Positions 38,636 through 48,841 of a stretch of DNA of 64,000 nucleotides are shown piece by piece (position 1 is the stretch's first letter; the number at the start of each line of letters is the position of its first letter). The stretch comes from Candidatus Binatia bacterium (GTDB taxonomy: Bacteria; Desulfobacterota; Binatia; UBA1149; CAITLU01), in NCBI GenBank assembly GCA_047611725.1, contig JBLFWR010000002.1:26607-90606 (forward strand), in the 5' to 3' direction. Both the position numbers and the translations under genes were made by a program. The notes under the pieces were generated by a model. It was not told where the DNA came from. It worked only from the letters and a program-made list of their open reading frames with translations, and did not search any database.

Positions 38636-40042
38636 CTAGAGGTAGCCCAGGGCCTTGAGTTTGGCCTCGGCGTCTTCGTCGAGATCAATGGCCTCGGGGG
38701 GAATGGCCGTCCGCTCAAGCTCGGCCTGGAGCCGGTCTAGGTTCTCGGCAAGCCCACGCCTGGTTTCTCCCATCCGCTTACCACCAAGCAAATGGATCTC
38801 GCCGGGATCATTGGCCATGTCGTAGAGTTCGCGGTGCAGACCGGCCGACCGGAAGCCCTCATCGATCTTCGTCGTGATCAGCTTGTGGTCGCCATCGATG
38901 AGCGCACGGACCTCGGTCCCGCCTAAGTTTTCCAGTTTGTGGACAAGGGTCTCGGAGTACAGCTGCGCCGGTTCGATGGTCTCGCCCTTCAAAGTCGGCA
39001 CCAGCGAGCGTCCTGCAAGCTGGGTCGGGTGTGACGTGATGTTGAGAAGCTCAAGAATGGTGGGTAACAGATCGATGTGCCCGACATTCTGAGGCACTCG
39101 CAGGCCAGCCACGGTGGTCTCCTCAAGCGAAATGATGAGTGGCACATGCAGAGTCGAATTGTAGAGGTACTGGGTATGCAGAAACTCGCCATGCTCCTTC
39201 AGACCTTCTCCGTGGTCGGCTGTGAACACCACCAGAGTCCGACCCGGCATCGACCGTACCTTCTCCATGAGGCGCCCGAATTGTTCGTCCATGAACGAGA
39301 TTTCTGCATCGTACGCGATATCAAAACGCTCTGACCAAGGAGCTTCTGGTTGGTAAGGCCAGTGGGCGTCGAAGTAATGCGCAAAAAGAAACCATCGATC
39401 GTTTTTCGAATTTACCCGTGCGTCGAGCCACTCGATGGCCAATTGGGTAACTTCATCTGCGCCGCGCTCGAAATCGTCATAGTCCAGTGACAACCACTTT
39501 CCCGGCTCATCCATCCGCCCCGGAGAGCGTGTGGCATTCGGCGCAGACTTACTGAAATCGGCATCGTAAACCTCGAATCCCTGATCCAAACCGAAGCGAC
39601 GATCCAGCGGCAGTGCCGCCAAAATGGCACCAGTATCGAAACCGTTCGCCGACAACGTTTCTGCCAGCGTCGTATGTGCTTCGGGTACACGAAACCGCCC
39701 GTTGCAACGGACTCCATGGCTCGGAGGCAAAAGGCCAGTGAACATTGTCGTGTGGGCACCCAGGGTTGACGGCATCGCCGTAAAAGCCCGCTCGTACAAA
39801 ACCCCGTCGCGCGCCAAAGAATCCACATTAGGGCTGGTGGGCGCCTCATATCCGTAGGCGGAAAGATGGTCGGCACGGGTCGTATCGAACGAGACAAACA
39901 GGATGTTATCGGCCGGTGGCGGACGCCAGCAACCAATCGACGAAATCGAAATCAAGACCAACAACAGGCCGTGAAGGGCGGGCCAGGCTTTGTAGGGGCA
40001 ACGAGGTGCCGACGGCCGAAGCCCCAATTTCATGATTGGCAT
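38636..40042 (-). CDS. Sulfatase-like hydrolase/transferase (alkaline phosphatase superfamily) lipoprotein
   Basis: ILFVSFDTTRADHLSAYGY metal-binding N-terminus, lipobox-like SSIGC; no canonical C/S-x-P-x-R so probably not a formylglycine sulfatase. Confidence 0.72.
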   Translation of the reverse strand: MPIMKLGLRPSAPRCPYKAWPALHGLLLVLISISSIGCWRPPPADNILFVSFDTTRADHLSAYGYEAPTSPNVDSLARDGVLYERAFTAMPSTLGAHTTMFTGLLPPSHGVRCNGRFRVPEAHTTLAETLSANGFDTGAILAALPLDRRFGLDQGFEVYDADFSKSAPNATRSPGRMDEPGKWLSLDYDDFERGADEVTQLAIEWLDARVNSKNDRWFLFAHYFDAHWPYQPEAPWSERFDIAYDAEISFMDEQFGRLMEKVRSMPGRTLVVFTADHGEGLKEHGEFLHTQYLYNSTLHVPLIISLEETTVAGLRVPQNVGHIDLLPTILELLNITSHPTQLAGRSLVPTLKGETIEPAQLYSETLVHKLENLGGTEVRALIDGDHKLITTKIDEGFRSAGLHRELYDMANDPGEIHLLGGKRMGETRRGLAENLDRLQAELERTAIPPEAIDLDEDAEAKLKALGYL

Positions 40043-40227
40043 CACTTCAATGTAGCAGCGTTGAGAACCGCAGCAACGAATCGCCCCCCAGCCGGCCGCC
40101 AGGGGGGCAAGCGCAGACTTGGCGTTGGCTCTCGCTTCGCGCAACAGTGGAGACAGAACCCGCCAGGCGCCTCGCTAACGGCCTCCGGAACGGCCAGCGA
40201 GAACCAAAGTGGAACAAGGAAAACATC

Positions 40228-40671
40228 TTGAATGAGTCCGTAACGCCCATCGACTGCATTTTTTGCAAGATCGTGCGCGGCGAAATGCCAGCCCACAAAG
40301 TCTACGAGAATGAACGGATCCTGGTTTTCATGGATATCTTTCCAGTCGCCGATGGGCACACTCTGCTGATCCCCAAAGTCCATGGCTCCAATCTGCTCGA
40401 CACCCCGGTCGAAGATCTCGAGTGTGTCATGGCGCAATCACGTCGCGTCGCACACGCGCTGCGCGACGTTTTCACTCCGGATGGAATCGGGGTGTTTCAG
40501 CTCAACGGCGCAGCTGCCGGGCAAACGGTTTTTCACTACCACATGCATCTTCTTCCGCGCATGAAAGGTGATTCGTTACAGATTCATTCTCGGACTCCGG
40601 GAGATCCGGATCGTCTGGCGGGCAACGCGCAGAAAATCGCTGCAGCACTCGCGTCACTGGAGTCACAATAG
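40228..40671 (+). CDS. HIT-family hydrolase
   Basis: Histidine triad HYHMHLLPR; TTG start with AAGGA RBS (ORF from 40036). Confidence 0.8.
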   Translation: MNESVTPIDCIFCKIVRGEMPAHKVYENERILVFMDIFPVADGHTLLIPKVHGSNLLDTPVEDLECVMAQSRRVAHALRDVFTPDGIGVFQLNGAAAGQTVFHYHMHLLPRMKGDSLQIHSRTPGDPDRLAGNAQKIAAALASLESQ

Positions 40672-40684
40672 GCGACATCTGCAC

Positions 40685-42220
40685 GTGCCCAAACATCACC
40701 ATACGCGCGAGCTTCGAACTTCGCGTTCGTTCGCGGGTTGTTTTGCAATCATAGGATTGGCCTGGGTAGCGCTTTTGGGTCCATGCGTCGCCCTGGCTTC
40801 CGAAAGATCGGAGCGAGAGGCTTCACTCGGGCTCGTTGACTTTCACGCAGCCCGCTACCACGACGCCTTGGCTCGCTTTGAACGGGCGGCAACCGACGAT
40901 AGCGCAGACGCCATGGCGCAATTCCTCGTTGGATCTGCCCTAGCTCGAATGAACCGCTGGGAAGACGCCATCGCAGCCTTCAGCGCTGCCGCGCAGATCG
41001 ACCCAACCATGAACCAGGCCGACCTTGAGATCGGCAACGCCTATTACCGTGTATCCCGATACAAAGCAGCGTTGGCGCCGTTACAGCGAGCGGCCACCAA
41101 GGACGAAACTCGGACTCGCGCCCAACTGTTGCGCGGACGAGTTCTACTTGCGTTAGGCCGCAATGAAGACGCGCGCCAGGACTTTGAAAGGGTTCTGGCG
41201 AGCGGCCCAGACCATGTAGCGAGCGGGCATTTCTACTTGGGTATTCTCGACCTTCACCAGCAACACGCGAGCGCGATCGAGCATTTTCGCGCGGTCCAAA
41301 CTCTGGCTCCGGGAACGGTGCTGGCTAGCCAGGCCGAATCGTATGTGGACGCGTTAACGACCGAACCGCCATCGCCTTGGACAATGCACGGCGCACTGGG
41401 CCTGGAGTACGATAGCAACCCGGGCCTGATCGCGATCACCGGGTTGGCACAGTCAACTCCGCAGCTGGTTGTCAGTGGTGATTTCCGAACTGTACTCGAC
41501 CTGGGCACCGACTATCGGTTGCTAGAAAAAGGTCGCGTTACGGTCGACGCTGGCTACGGTTTTTTTCAAACCATCCACCTCGATCTCAACGAAAACGATC
41601 TCCAGAACCATCGCATCTCGCTAATTGCAGCTGTAGACGAAGGAGAACTGCAATACGGACTCGCGTCGTTCTATGACTTCTATCTTCGCGACAACGACAG
41701 TCTGCTGCACCAAGGCAGCATCCGCCCTTGGGCTGCATTCGCCCGCTCGGGTCTGGGGCGTACTGAAGTCTATTACGAGGGGCGCCTTCGCGGCTACGCG
41801 CAGGACCAGTTCGAACAGCTCGAAGGCGCGAACCACGCGCTTGGTATTGGATGGTCGTTCCTTCCGTTCGGCCCGCGCCTCGCGGTGATTCTTGGATATC
41901 GCTGGGATCGTGAAGATGTCGGAAACGGATCGGACCGACCCTTCGCCTACCAGGGACATCAGGGCGAGTTCCGCGTGCGCGCCCTCCTTGATGCGCGAAC
42001 ACTCGTCGAAGCCGGACTTCAGTATCGCGACGAAAACTACGACGACCCCAGCCAGAATCGCGAAGATACGGAGCACGCATTCGACCTCTCGGTCACGCGC
42101 CAGATTCGCAACTCGATTTGGGTGGTTGCGGCTTACCGCGCTGAACTCAACGATTCGACCGAGTCGCAGTTCGAGTACGACCGACACATTACCACTTTGG
42201 CCTTGGAGATTCGTAAATGA
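40685..42220 (+). CDS. TPR-repeat protein with C-terminal outer-membrane beta-barrel (Slam/DUF560- or YaiO-like architecture)
   Basis: Signal peptide RSFAGCFAIIGLAWVALLGPCVALA, ~4 TPR units, then ~280 aa Y/G/D/R-rich alternating segment; GTG start immediately after HIT stop; ATGA overlap with next gene. Confidence 0.5.
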   Translation: MPKHHHTRELRTSRSFAGCFAIIGLAWVALLGPCVALASERSEREASLGLVDFHAARYHDALARFERAATDDSADAMAQFLVGSALARMNRWEDAIAAFSAAAQIDPTMNQADLEIGNAYYRVSRYKAALAPLQRAATKDETRTRAQLLRGRVLLALGRNEDARQDFERVLASGPDHVASGHFYLGILDLHQQHASAIEHFRAVQTLAPGTVLASQAESYVDALTTEPPSPWTMHGALGLEYDSNPGLIAITGLAQSTPQLVVSGDFRTVLDLGTDYRLLEKGRVTVDAGYGFFQTIHLDLNENDLQNHRISLIAAVDEGELQYGLASFYDFYLRDNDSLLHQGSIRPWAAFARSGLGRTEVYYEGRLRGYAQDQFEQLEGANHALGIGWSFLPFGPRLAVILGYRWDREDVGNGSDRPFAYQGHQGEFRVRALLDARTLVEAGLQYRDENYDDPSQNREDTEHAFDLSVTRQIRNSIWVVAAYRAELNDSTESQFEYDRHITTLALEIRK

Positions 42221-43074
42221 AGCGACTTGCGATCGTTACCTTACTCATCGGCGCGATATTCATCACTTCCGACGCATACGCCGACCAAGTCGTGGGTTCG
42301 GTAACCGGAACCGAAGGCAGCGCCGAGCTTTCTCGAGGCGAAGTATCGAGGCCCGCGCGAATTCAAGACGGCATTCAACCCTTGGATATTGTGCGCACCG
42401 GCCCAAGGGGACGCATCGGGATCGTGTTCCTCGACGAAACCGTTTTGAACCTCGGAAACGCAACAACGCTGGTCGTTGACCAAACCGTGTACGATCCTGA
42501 CGCGCACCAGTCAGTCTTCGAGCTTCTCAAGGGAACCGTGCGCGCACTGGTGTCCGAGCACTACAGCGATCCGCTCGCCCTGTTCCAGATCAAGACACCG
42601 AACTCCGTAACCGGCGTACGCGGAACCGACTTTGTGGTCAGCTATGACGAGAGCACGGGAACCACCGACGTCTCTTGCCTGGGCGGGACCGTCGTTGTTC
42701 ACAGCACCCGCGACCTCGCGAGCAACAGCGCCCATTGTTCCGCAGGTCGATTCACCCGTGTCGCGCCGGGAGAGTTTCCAGCGAAGACAGCGCCCTTGCC
42801 CGCAAGTCGAATCAAAAACTTGAAAAAATCGCTGTCGTTCGTAGGTTCGGGACGTTCTGAGAGTTCGCTTGTCAACGAACCTATTCTCGGTTCAACCGAA
42901 GCGCCGCCTCCCAAGGCAATCGCGCCGCCTCCCCCAAACAGCCCCAGCGCGAAGACAGCACTTGGCGCAACAAAGCCTTCCCTCAAAGCACTATCGGGAA
43001 AGCGCCAAACGCCGGGCAGTCTGATCGGCCAACCTCCCAACGCTGTCCGAAGCTTGGGAACGGACCAGCCCTAG
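42217..43074 (+). CDS. Secreted FecR-domain protein with Pro/Ala-rich C-terminal tail
   Basis: Signal peptide MKRLAIVTLLIGAIFITSDAYA; FecR-like beta-sandwich (IVRTGPRGRIGIVFLDETVLNLGNATTLVV...VRGTDFVV...). Confidence 0.55.
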   Translation: MKRLAIVTLLIGAIFITSDAYADQVVGSVTGTEGSAELSRGEVSRPARIQDGIQPLDIVRTGPRGRIGIVFLDETVLNLGNATTLVVDQTVYDPDAHQSVFELLKGTVRALVSEHYSDPLALFQIKTPNSVTGVRGTDFVVSYDESTGTTDVSCLGGTVVVHSTRDLASNSAHCSAGRFTRVAPGEFPAKTAPLPASRIKNLKKSLSFVGSGRSESSLVNEPILGSTEAPPPKAIAPPPPNSPSAKTALGATKPSLKALSGKRQTPGSLIGQPPNAVRSLGTDQP

Positions 43075-43279
43075 TATTCCACGCCCTGGGTGCCGCCAAA
43101 CGCGAAACAATTCCTGCGCCTCTAACCTTGAGTTAGCCGTGCCATGCTCGATACTGTTGCCGTGCGGTGGTTCTCCAAAGAACCACGCGAGCTGGTGCCC
43201 ACCTTGTCGCTCGCCCTTTGACGCACAGTATTCGCGGCTCGAAGGCTCCCCGATTTCCTTCGTTCGCCAAGGGCAAAGG

Positions 43280-44117
43280 CATGGCAAAAGCGCAGACCAC
43301 GGCCACCAAAAGCCGTCGTAAACCCGGGAAAAAACAACGAATGCTGGCGGCCGTCACGGGCGCGTCGGCTGGAATCGGCGAGTCCTTTGCCCGCGAGTTG
43401 GCAAAACGCGGCTGGGATCTACTTCTTGTTGCCCGTCGCAAGCAACGACTCGAAAAATTGGCGGCCGAACTTCGAGCCGACCACGGATGTCGTGTTGACA
43501 TACTGGCGGCCGATCTCACCCGCCCGGCTGCCCTGCGCCGAGTTGAGGATGCACTGTCGGCTAGCCGCCGCCTCGGCCTGCTCGTCAACAACGCGGGCAT
43601 GGGAGATTTCGGAGTTTTCAGCAAAAGTGACCGCGATCGCGAAGAGAGTGAGATTCGCCTGAACACAATCGCGGTGGTCCGACTCACCCATGCAGCACTG
43701 CCGGGAATGGTACGTCGCAAGAGCGGCAGCATCATCAACGTATCCTCAACTGCTGGCTTTGCCCCCTGTCCTAACTTCGCCACCTACGGTGCCACCAAAG
43801 CGTTCCTCAATAGTTTCACCGAGGCACTGCACGAGGAATTGGCAGACAGCGGTGTCGCCGTGCAGGCGCTATGCCCGGGCCTGACGCACACCGAGATCTT
43901 CGAGGCCGCCGGCACCGACACGTCGGGCCTGCCCGAGTTTCTTTGGATGGAATCCGAAGACGTCGTCATCGAGTCGCTCAACGCCCTAGAAACCGGGACG
44001 GTCGTGTGTGTGCCCGGCCTCGGCAACCGCGCGCTGTCCACCCTGGCGCGCATGCTGCCCCATATTGTCGGCAGTCGCTTCGCCTCTATTTTTGGCTCCC
44101 AAATGAAGGAGAAGTAG
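43280..44117 (+). CDS. SDR-family oxidoreductase
   Basis: AAVTGASAGIGESFARELAKRG, NNAG, YGATKAF. Confidence 0.8.
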
Positions 44118-44121
44118 AGCC

Positions 44122-45289
44122 ATGGCTTACACGCACTACGACCGCTTGTCGGCGTTGGATTCGACATTCCTCGACATTGAAGATCCGTCCGTCCACATGC
44201 ATGTTGGTGCGGTCGCAATTTTAGAAAAGGATCGCCCGCGTACCGTTGGTGGGACAGCCGGTGTGGGTTGTCGAGGGGCTCGAAGATGGTCGTTTCGCCC
44301 TGATCGTCAAAGCTCACCACTGCATGGTCGATGGCATCGCCGGCATGGATTTACTGACCGCAATTCTTCGGCTGGAACGCGACGATACGAGCATTGATCA
44401 CGAGCGGAAATGGGTGCCGCGTCCACGCCCGAGCGAAACAAGCTTGCTCGCAGGAGAAATCCTGCACCGGGTGTCCTGACCACTGTCGGCAATCCGCGCG
44501 TTGCCGAGTTCACTGCTGAATCCGATCGACACGATCAGCAAAACCGCCGACCAGGTCATGAGCCTCGTTGAAACCCTCAGCGCCGGATTCACGTCGACCA
44601 CCGACACCCCGATCAATGTTGCGATCGGGCCTTACCGTCGCTTCGATTGGGTAAACCTCGCGCTCGAAGATTTTCGGACCATTCATAAGGCGTTCGGCGG
44701 CAGCTTAAACGATGTTTTTTTGGCCACGGTCGCCGGAGCAGTCGGTGATTTTCTTCGTCGCCGAGGCGAAGTCGCCAATGCCGAGACAATGTTCCGTGTC
44801 ATGGTTCCGGTCAGTGTTCGCTCGGGCGACGAGCACGGCATGCCTGGAAATCGCGTCGTGAACTTTCTGGCGCGCCTGCCTATTGACGCAACCGACCCCG
44901 TCTCGCGACTCCAACGCACCACCGAGATCACACGAGAGCTCAAGGGCTCACGTATGACTCAGGGCGCAGAGTTAAAGGAGGAACTGAGCGACCACAGCCT
45001 TACCACACTGTTGGTTGAATTCGTCAAGTTGGGTGCGAAGGCACGAGCCTACAACATGGTTGTGACCAATGTTCCCGGACCACCAGTACCGATCTACTTT
45101 CTTGGCGCACAGATGGAAGAAATCTATCCGTTGGTCGCGCTGTTTAGCTACAACGATCGACTGAGTTGGGGATTCAACGCCGACTGGGAGGCGATGCCCG
45201 ACCTCCATGACTTCGTGGGTTTGGTCGAGGAAGAGTTCGAACGCCTACTGGCCTGCGCTCAGCGCGCAGCTTCCGAATCGACCGGGTAG
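44122..45289 (+). pseudogene. Disrupted wax-ester synthase/diacylglycerol acyltransferase (WS/DGAT) gene: ~55-60 codon internal deletion + frameshift near 44235, in-frame TGA at 44477-44479
   Basis: N-term MAYTHYDRLSALDSTFLDIEDPSVHMHVGAVAILEK in one frame; PVWVVEGLEDGRFALIVKAHHCMVDGIAG (active-site HHxxxDG) in +1 frame only ~9 codons later; C-terminal 262 aa after TGA. Confidence 0.7.
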
Positions 45290-45306
45290 GAAACGCAGTC
45301 GCAGTT

Positions 45307-45516
45307 TCAGACGCCTTTCTTAGCCTGCGCTGTGATAGCGCGTTCATGGCGCAGCCGACGCGACAGCGCGATGACAGCCAGCAACAGACCTAGCCCCAGC
45401 AGGGGATGCCCGACAAACGAGAACACGATGGCTGCCGCGCCGTCCATAACGAGGCTGGTATAGGCGAGAATCGCCATCGCCACGAAAATCAACAACGCTG
45501 CTAGGCGCGCAATCAT
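45307..45516 (-). CDS. Small 2-TM membrane protein, last gene of cytochrome operon (tentative)
   Basis: MIARLAALLIFVAMAILAYTSLVMDGAAAIVFSFVGHPLLGLGLLLAVIALSRRLRH; overlaps stop of upstream gene. Confidence 0.3.
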   Translation of the reverse strand: MIARLAALLIFVAMAILAYTSLVMDGAAAIVFSFVGHPLLGLGLLLAVIALSRRLRHERAITAQAKKGV

Positions 45517-46166
45517 TTGGAAGCCTCCCATGCAGCCGCACCGATCAACGCATCGTCGGGGTGGGCTGAAAGGTGGCAGACGCCAGCGCAACTAAGCTCC
45601 CCCGAAATTAGAGCCTCCTGAATGTCGGGATCTTGATGTGACTCTTCGTTGCGAAACGGTGCCGCCTCAGCGTGGCAGTCAAGACAGGCCTTGATGTCGA
45701 AGGTGTGCGAGATCTCAAGCGGATACTCGTAGTCCCCGGTCACCGTGTGAATCATGTGATTCACGCCGGCCTTTTTTGCGTCAACGTCTCCCCATATCCC
45801 GTAGCCGCTGTGACAGACGTAACACGCTTCTTCGTGCGATATTGCGCCGCGACTCCAGTGGAGTCCGGCCAGTGACTCGGTGTCGTTCTTAAGTGCGTCA
45901 ACCAAGGGGCTCATTGTCTCATGACAGGAGCCGCAAAAGGATACGCGCTTGGATTCTTCGAGCACGTGCAGGTCACCCAGCAGATAGCCGACAGCCGGGA
46001 GCAGCAGAAAGACATACGAACTGAACACCGCCGGAAGGCGCCCGCGCACCATCACAACGATCGATGTCGCCATCACCACCAGCGCGATGGACACCGTCAG
46101 GATCCAAAAATGATCCGGCGAGTGTGGTCGTTCGAACAGTGGTCCGAGCCCGTCAAGAGTCTCCAT
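45513..46166 (-). CDS. NapC/NirT/CymA-like membrane-anchored tetraheme cytochrome c (quinol dehydrogenase candidate)
   Basis: N-terminal TM helix; heme motifs CGSCH, CYVCH, CLDCH plus atypical CAGVCH. Confidence 0.7.
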   Translation of the reverse strand: METLDGLGPLFERPHSPDHFWILTVSIALVVMATSIVVMVRGRLPAVFSSYVFLLLPAVGYLLGDLHVLEESKRVSFCGSCHETMSPLVDALKNDTESLAGLHWSRGAISHEEACYVCHSGYGIWGDVDAKKAGVNHMIHTVTGDYEYPLEISHTFDIKACLDCHAEAAPFRNEESHQDPDIQEALISGELSCAGVCHLSAHPDDALIGAAAWEASK

Positions 46167-46247
46167 CGAGGTTCTTCCTTATCGCCTCACGGCGGCCTTA
46201 CAGATGCTGGCGAATCACCCTTACCTAGAAATCAGAAGCCGCCGAAG

Positions 46248-46670
46248 CTATTCGGCGGCTGGCACTGCTGGCACAGCGTCGTCTGCAGCGCCCTCTACTG
46301 GAGCGGCAACGGTTCCGGAGAACGCGAAGACGAAATCAGTCAGGGCCTCGATCTCTTCGTCCGAAAGTTTTGACGCGAACGGCTTCATCACCTTCTTGCC
46401 TTTCGCGTTGGCGATCCCGGCTTTCGTGCCTTCGATCATGCGGTCGCGATCAAAATTGGCCACTATTTCTGGATCGGTCAGATCGGAAACCTTCAGGAGC
46501 TTGCCAACCTTCGTGTCGGCCTTTCCATCGGCACCATGACAGGAGGCGCAGTTCTTGGTCCAAAGCGCAGCAGTGTCGATCTCGGCGTTGGCAGGCGTAG
46601 CCGTCAACGAAGAGACAAGAAAGGCTCCGACAGCGAAGTAGGCGATTAGGAAAGGGGCTCGGTGTTTCAT
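46248..46670 (-). CDS. Monoheme class I cytochrome c, periplasmic
   Basis: Signal peptide MKHRAPFLIAYFAVGAFLVSSLTATPANA, single CASCHG, distal Met region. Confidence 0.75.
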   Translation of the reverse strand: MKHRAPFLIAYFAVGAFLVSSLTATPANAEIDTAALWTKNCASCHGADGKADTKVGKLLKVSDLTDPEIVANFDRDRMIEGTKAGIANAKGKKVMKPFASKLSDEEIEALTDFVFAFSGTVAAPVEGAADDAVPAVPAAE

Positions 46671-46671
46671 G

Positions 46672-48828
46672 TTAGAATCCGTACTCAAGGCTGGTTTGCA
46701 GGATACTGGCTTGGTAGTCATTGCGCCCTCCAAACGTTTCGTCCTGGCTGTCAATAAATCCATAGCGGGCACGTAGCAGAATGTTTTCTTGCACGCGGTG
46801 TGCCAAACCGACGGTCACACGATGCTCTTCAAGATTCGAACCGTACCCCAACGAAACCGGAGACAGGTCATCGTAGTTGTCAGAGAACAGCCCGTTGTAG
46901 AGAAACTCGACATCGGTGTGCTCGCTTAGCGCCTTGCCTGCTGCCAGTCGAGCATTCCAGAAATCGTTGTCGAAGTCGGCGACAAGGCCTCCCGCGGCAC
47001 CGGTAAGATCGGAGACCGGCGTCTGTGTTTCACTCCACACACGACCAACTTCTCCCTGAATCCAACCATTGGCGATCGGGCTCAGCGTGGCCGTGACGCT
47101 GGCGTGATGCGTGTCGATTCGGGCGGTCTCGATCACTGCGAGCTCGGCCTTGCCGGTGTCACGTTCGGTGATGCGGAAGTTGTAGTTCGCCCCCAACCTC
47201 AAGAAAGAAGTCGGTCGTAGACTCCCCTTCAAGTACCAACGATGGGTCTTCACATCCTGCGAACTAATGTAGGCGGGGTATCGGTTCAGACTGCCACTGG
47301 TCACCGTCGTGCCGGGATCGTTGCTGGTGCTATCCACCCGATCATCAAAATCTTCGTCGCTTTTACGATAGCTGTAGCCAGCCGAAAGATTCCCCCTCGT
47401 GCTCGGGTACCAGCGTAGGCGAAGTCCGTATTGTTGCGCGAAACCATCGGTGTCGGTGCGGTGAGCCAGCTCTGGCGTAAGCGCAGCCCCAGCCAAGACC
47501 TCTTCGGTCACGTCACGATCACTTTCCTCAAACTCAGCACGAACTGACAACGACAGCGTCTCGATTCCCGTGTAGCGAAGCTCTAGAACCTGAGTGAAAA
47601 TCGTTTCGTCAGCGCTGCTCGAAATTCCAACTCCCTCGGTTTCAGTGGGCAAACCTAAAGCCGACGACACTAACGTATCGGTGAAAGCGGAAGTTCCATC
47701 AGCCTCTTCTGCTTTCAGGCGTGCCTGAACAAGAATTCGGAGATCTTCGACAGGGGTCGCAGAAACGTTAAACGCCGCCGAATGGTGCTCTACATCAACG
47801 TTCGTATCCAAATCGAGGAACCCGCGATCAAACGACTGGCGATTCGCCGATGCAGCATCGAAGACTGGATTCACGCTCGCTCCGTAGATCCGGCTGCCAC
47901 CACCGTCGCTGTCCAAATCCGAGTAAGCGTACATCGCCGAAACAATGACCGCGTCGTCGGCCATCCGGTGTTCGCCGAAACCACGAAGGGTGAGCGAGTC
48001 GTTTCGCACTTCGTCACGCTGGCTGACCCAACGCATACGACCGGCCTCTCCGGGGCGACGTTGTGTACCCCTAGTGTTGTTGATTTCGCTGGTTTCGTAG
48101 CGCGCGCCGCCACCGACCATCGTTACATCGTTGAAGCGGTGACGAATGTCAGCCTCGACCGTGTGGACCCGCTCGTCGATATCCGAAACCGCCGGACCGA
48201 TATTTTTAACACCTGAACTCCCGCCAAACGCAGCAGTGTTGACATCACCCCGAACGAGCGAAGCACGCGATCCGTCGCGGTAACGATAACGATAGCCAAC
48301 CGTCAACTCGGGAACGTTTGGGCGACGCAAACCTGCTCGAAACCAGGCATTTCCTCTTTCCAAGTATGCCTCATCGCCACCTTCGGTGGGAAGGAAAAGC
48401 CCGCCGTCACCCGGGAAAAAGTTACCCGTCCGATCTTGCCAAGTTCGATACTGCTTATAGCCAGCTTCAAGAAACCCGCGCTCGGGAAGCTCCAGCTTGA
48501 ACGAACCCAAGTAGTCGCCCGCATCGATGATCGCGCGGCCATCGAAAGAAAGCGTGCCGTCGTCACCCCAGGCACGTTCGATCTCGACGCTCTGGATACC
48601 ACCAGAGACATCGTTCGGAATTCCAACTCGTCGTTGAAACGCCGCGTCGTCATCGCTAACGGAAGCATGATCAACGGAAGCATGGTCAACGGAAGCATGG
48701 TTAGCTTGAAGCACGATGCGACCAGTCGGCTGATCATCGGCGGCAGCTGTGGTGGGAACGCCAAACAGGACGGCCCCGGCACCCAATGCCGCAAATGCGA
48801 TCGTCGTAGAAATAGTTAACGCACGCAT
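46672..48828 (-). CDS. Large outer-membrane beta-barrel protein, MtrB/PioB-like porin partner of multiheme cytochrome
   Basis: Signal peptide MRALTISTTIAFAALGAGAVLFGVPTTAAA; 700+ aa rich in alternating Y/R/D/G/S/T strands; terminates ...LEYGF (C-terminal Phe); start coupled to cytochrome stop (SD GGAGG overlaps). Confidence 0.6.
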   Translation of the reverse strand: MRALTISTTIAFAALGAGAVLFGVPTTAAADDQPTGRIVLQANHASVDHASVDHASVSDDDAAFQRRVGIPNDVSGGIQSVEIERAWGDDGTLSFDGRAIIDAGDYLGSFKLELPERGFLEAGYKQYRTWQDRTGNFFPGDGGLFLPTEGGDEAYLERGNAWFRAGLRRPNVPELTVGYRYRYRDGSRASLVRGDVNTAAFGGSSGVKNIGPAVSDIDERVHTVEADIRHRFNDVTMVGGGARYETSEINNTRGTQRRPGEAGRMRWVSQRDEVRNDSLTLRGFGEHRMADDAVIVSAMYAYSDLDSDGGGSRIYGASVNPVFDAASANRQSFDRGFLDLDTNVDVEHHSAAFNVSATPVEDLRILVQARLKAEEADGTSAFTDTLVSSALGLPTETEGVGISSSADETIFTQVLELRYTGIETLSLSVRAEFEESDRDVTEEVLAGAALTPELAHRTDTDGFAQQYGLRLRWYPSTRGNLSAGYSYRKSDEDFDDRVDSTSNDPGTTVTSGSLNRYPAYISSQDVKTHRWYLKGSLRPTSFLRLGANYNFRITERDTGKAELAVIETARIDTHHASVTATLSPIANGWIQGEVGRVWSETQTPVSDLTGAAGGLVADFDNDFWNARLAAGKALSEHTDVEFLYNGLFSDNYDDLSPVSLGYGSNLEEHRVTVGLAHRVQENILLRARYGFIDSQDETFGGRNDYQASILQTSLEYGF
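48657..48701 (-). repeat. 15-bp tandem repeat x3 encoding (HASVD)3 near N-terminus of outer-membrane barrel protein
   Basis: AACGGAAGCATGRTY x3 on plus strand. Confidence 0.6.
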
Positions 48829-48841
48829 TCTCATCCCCTCC

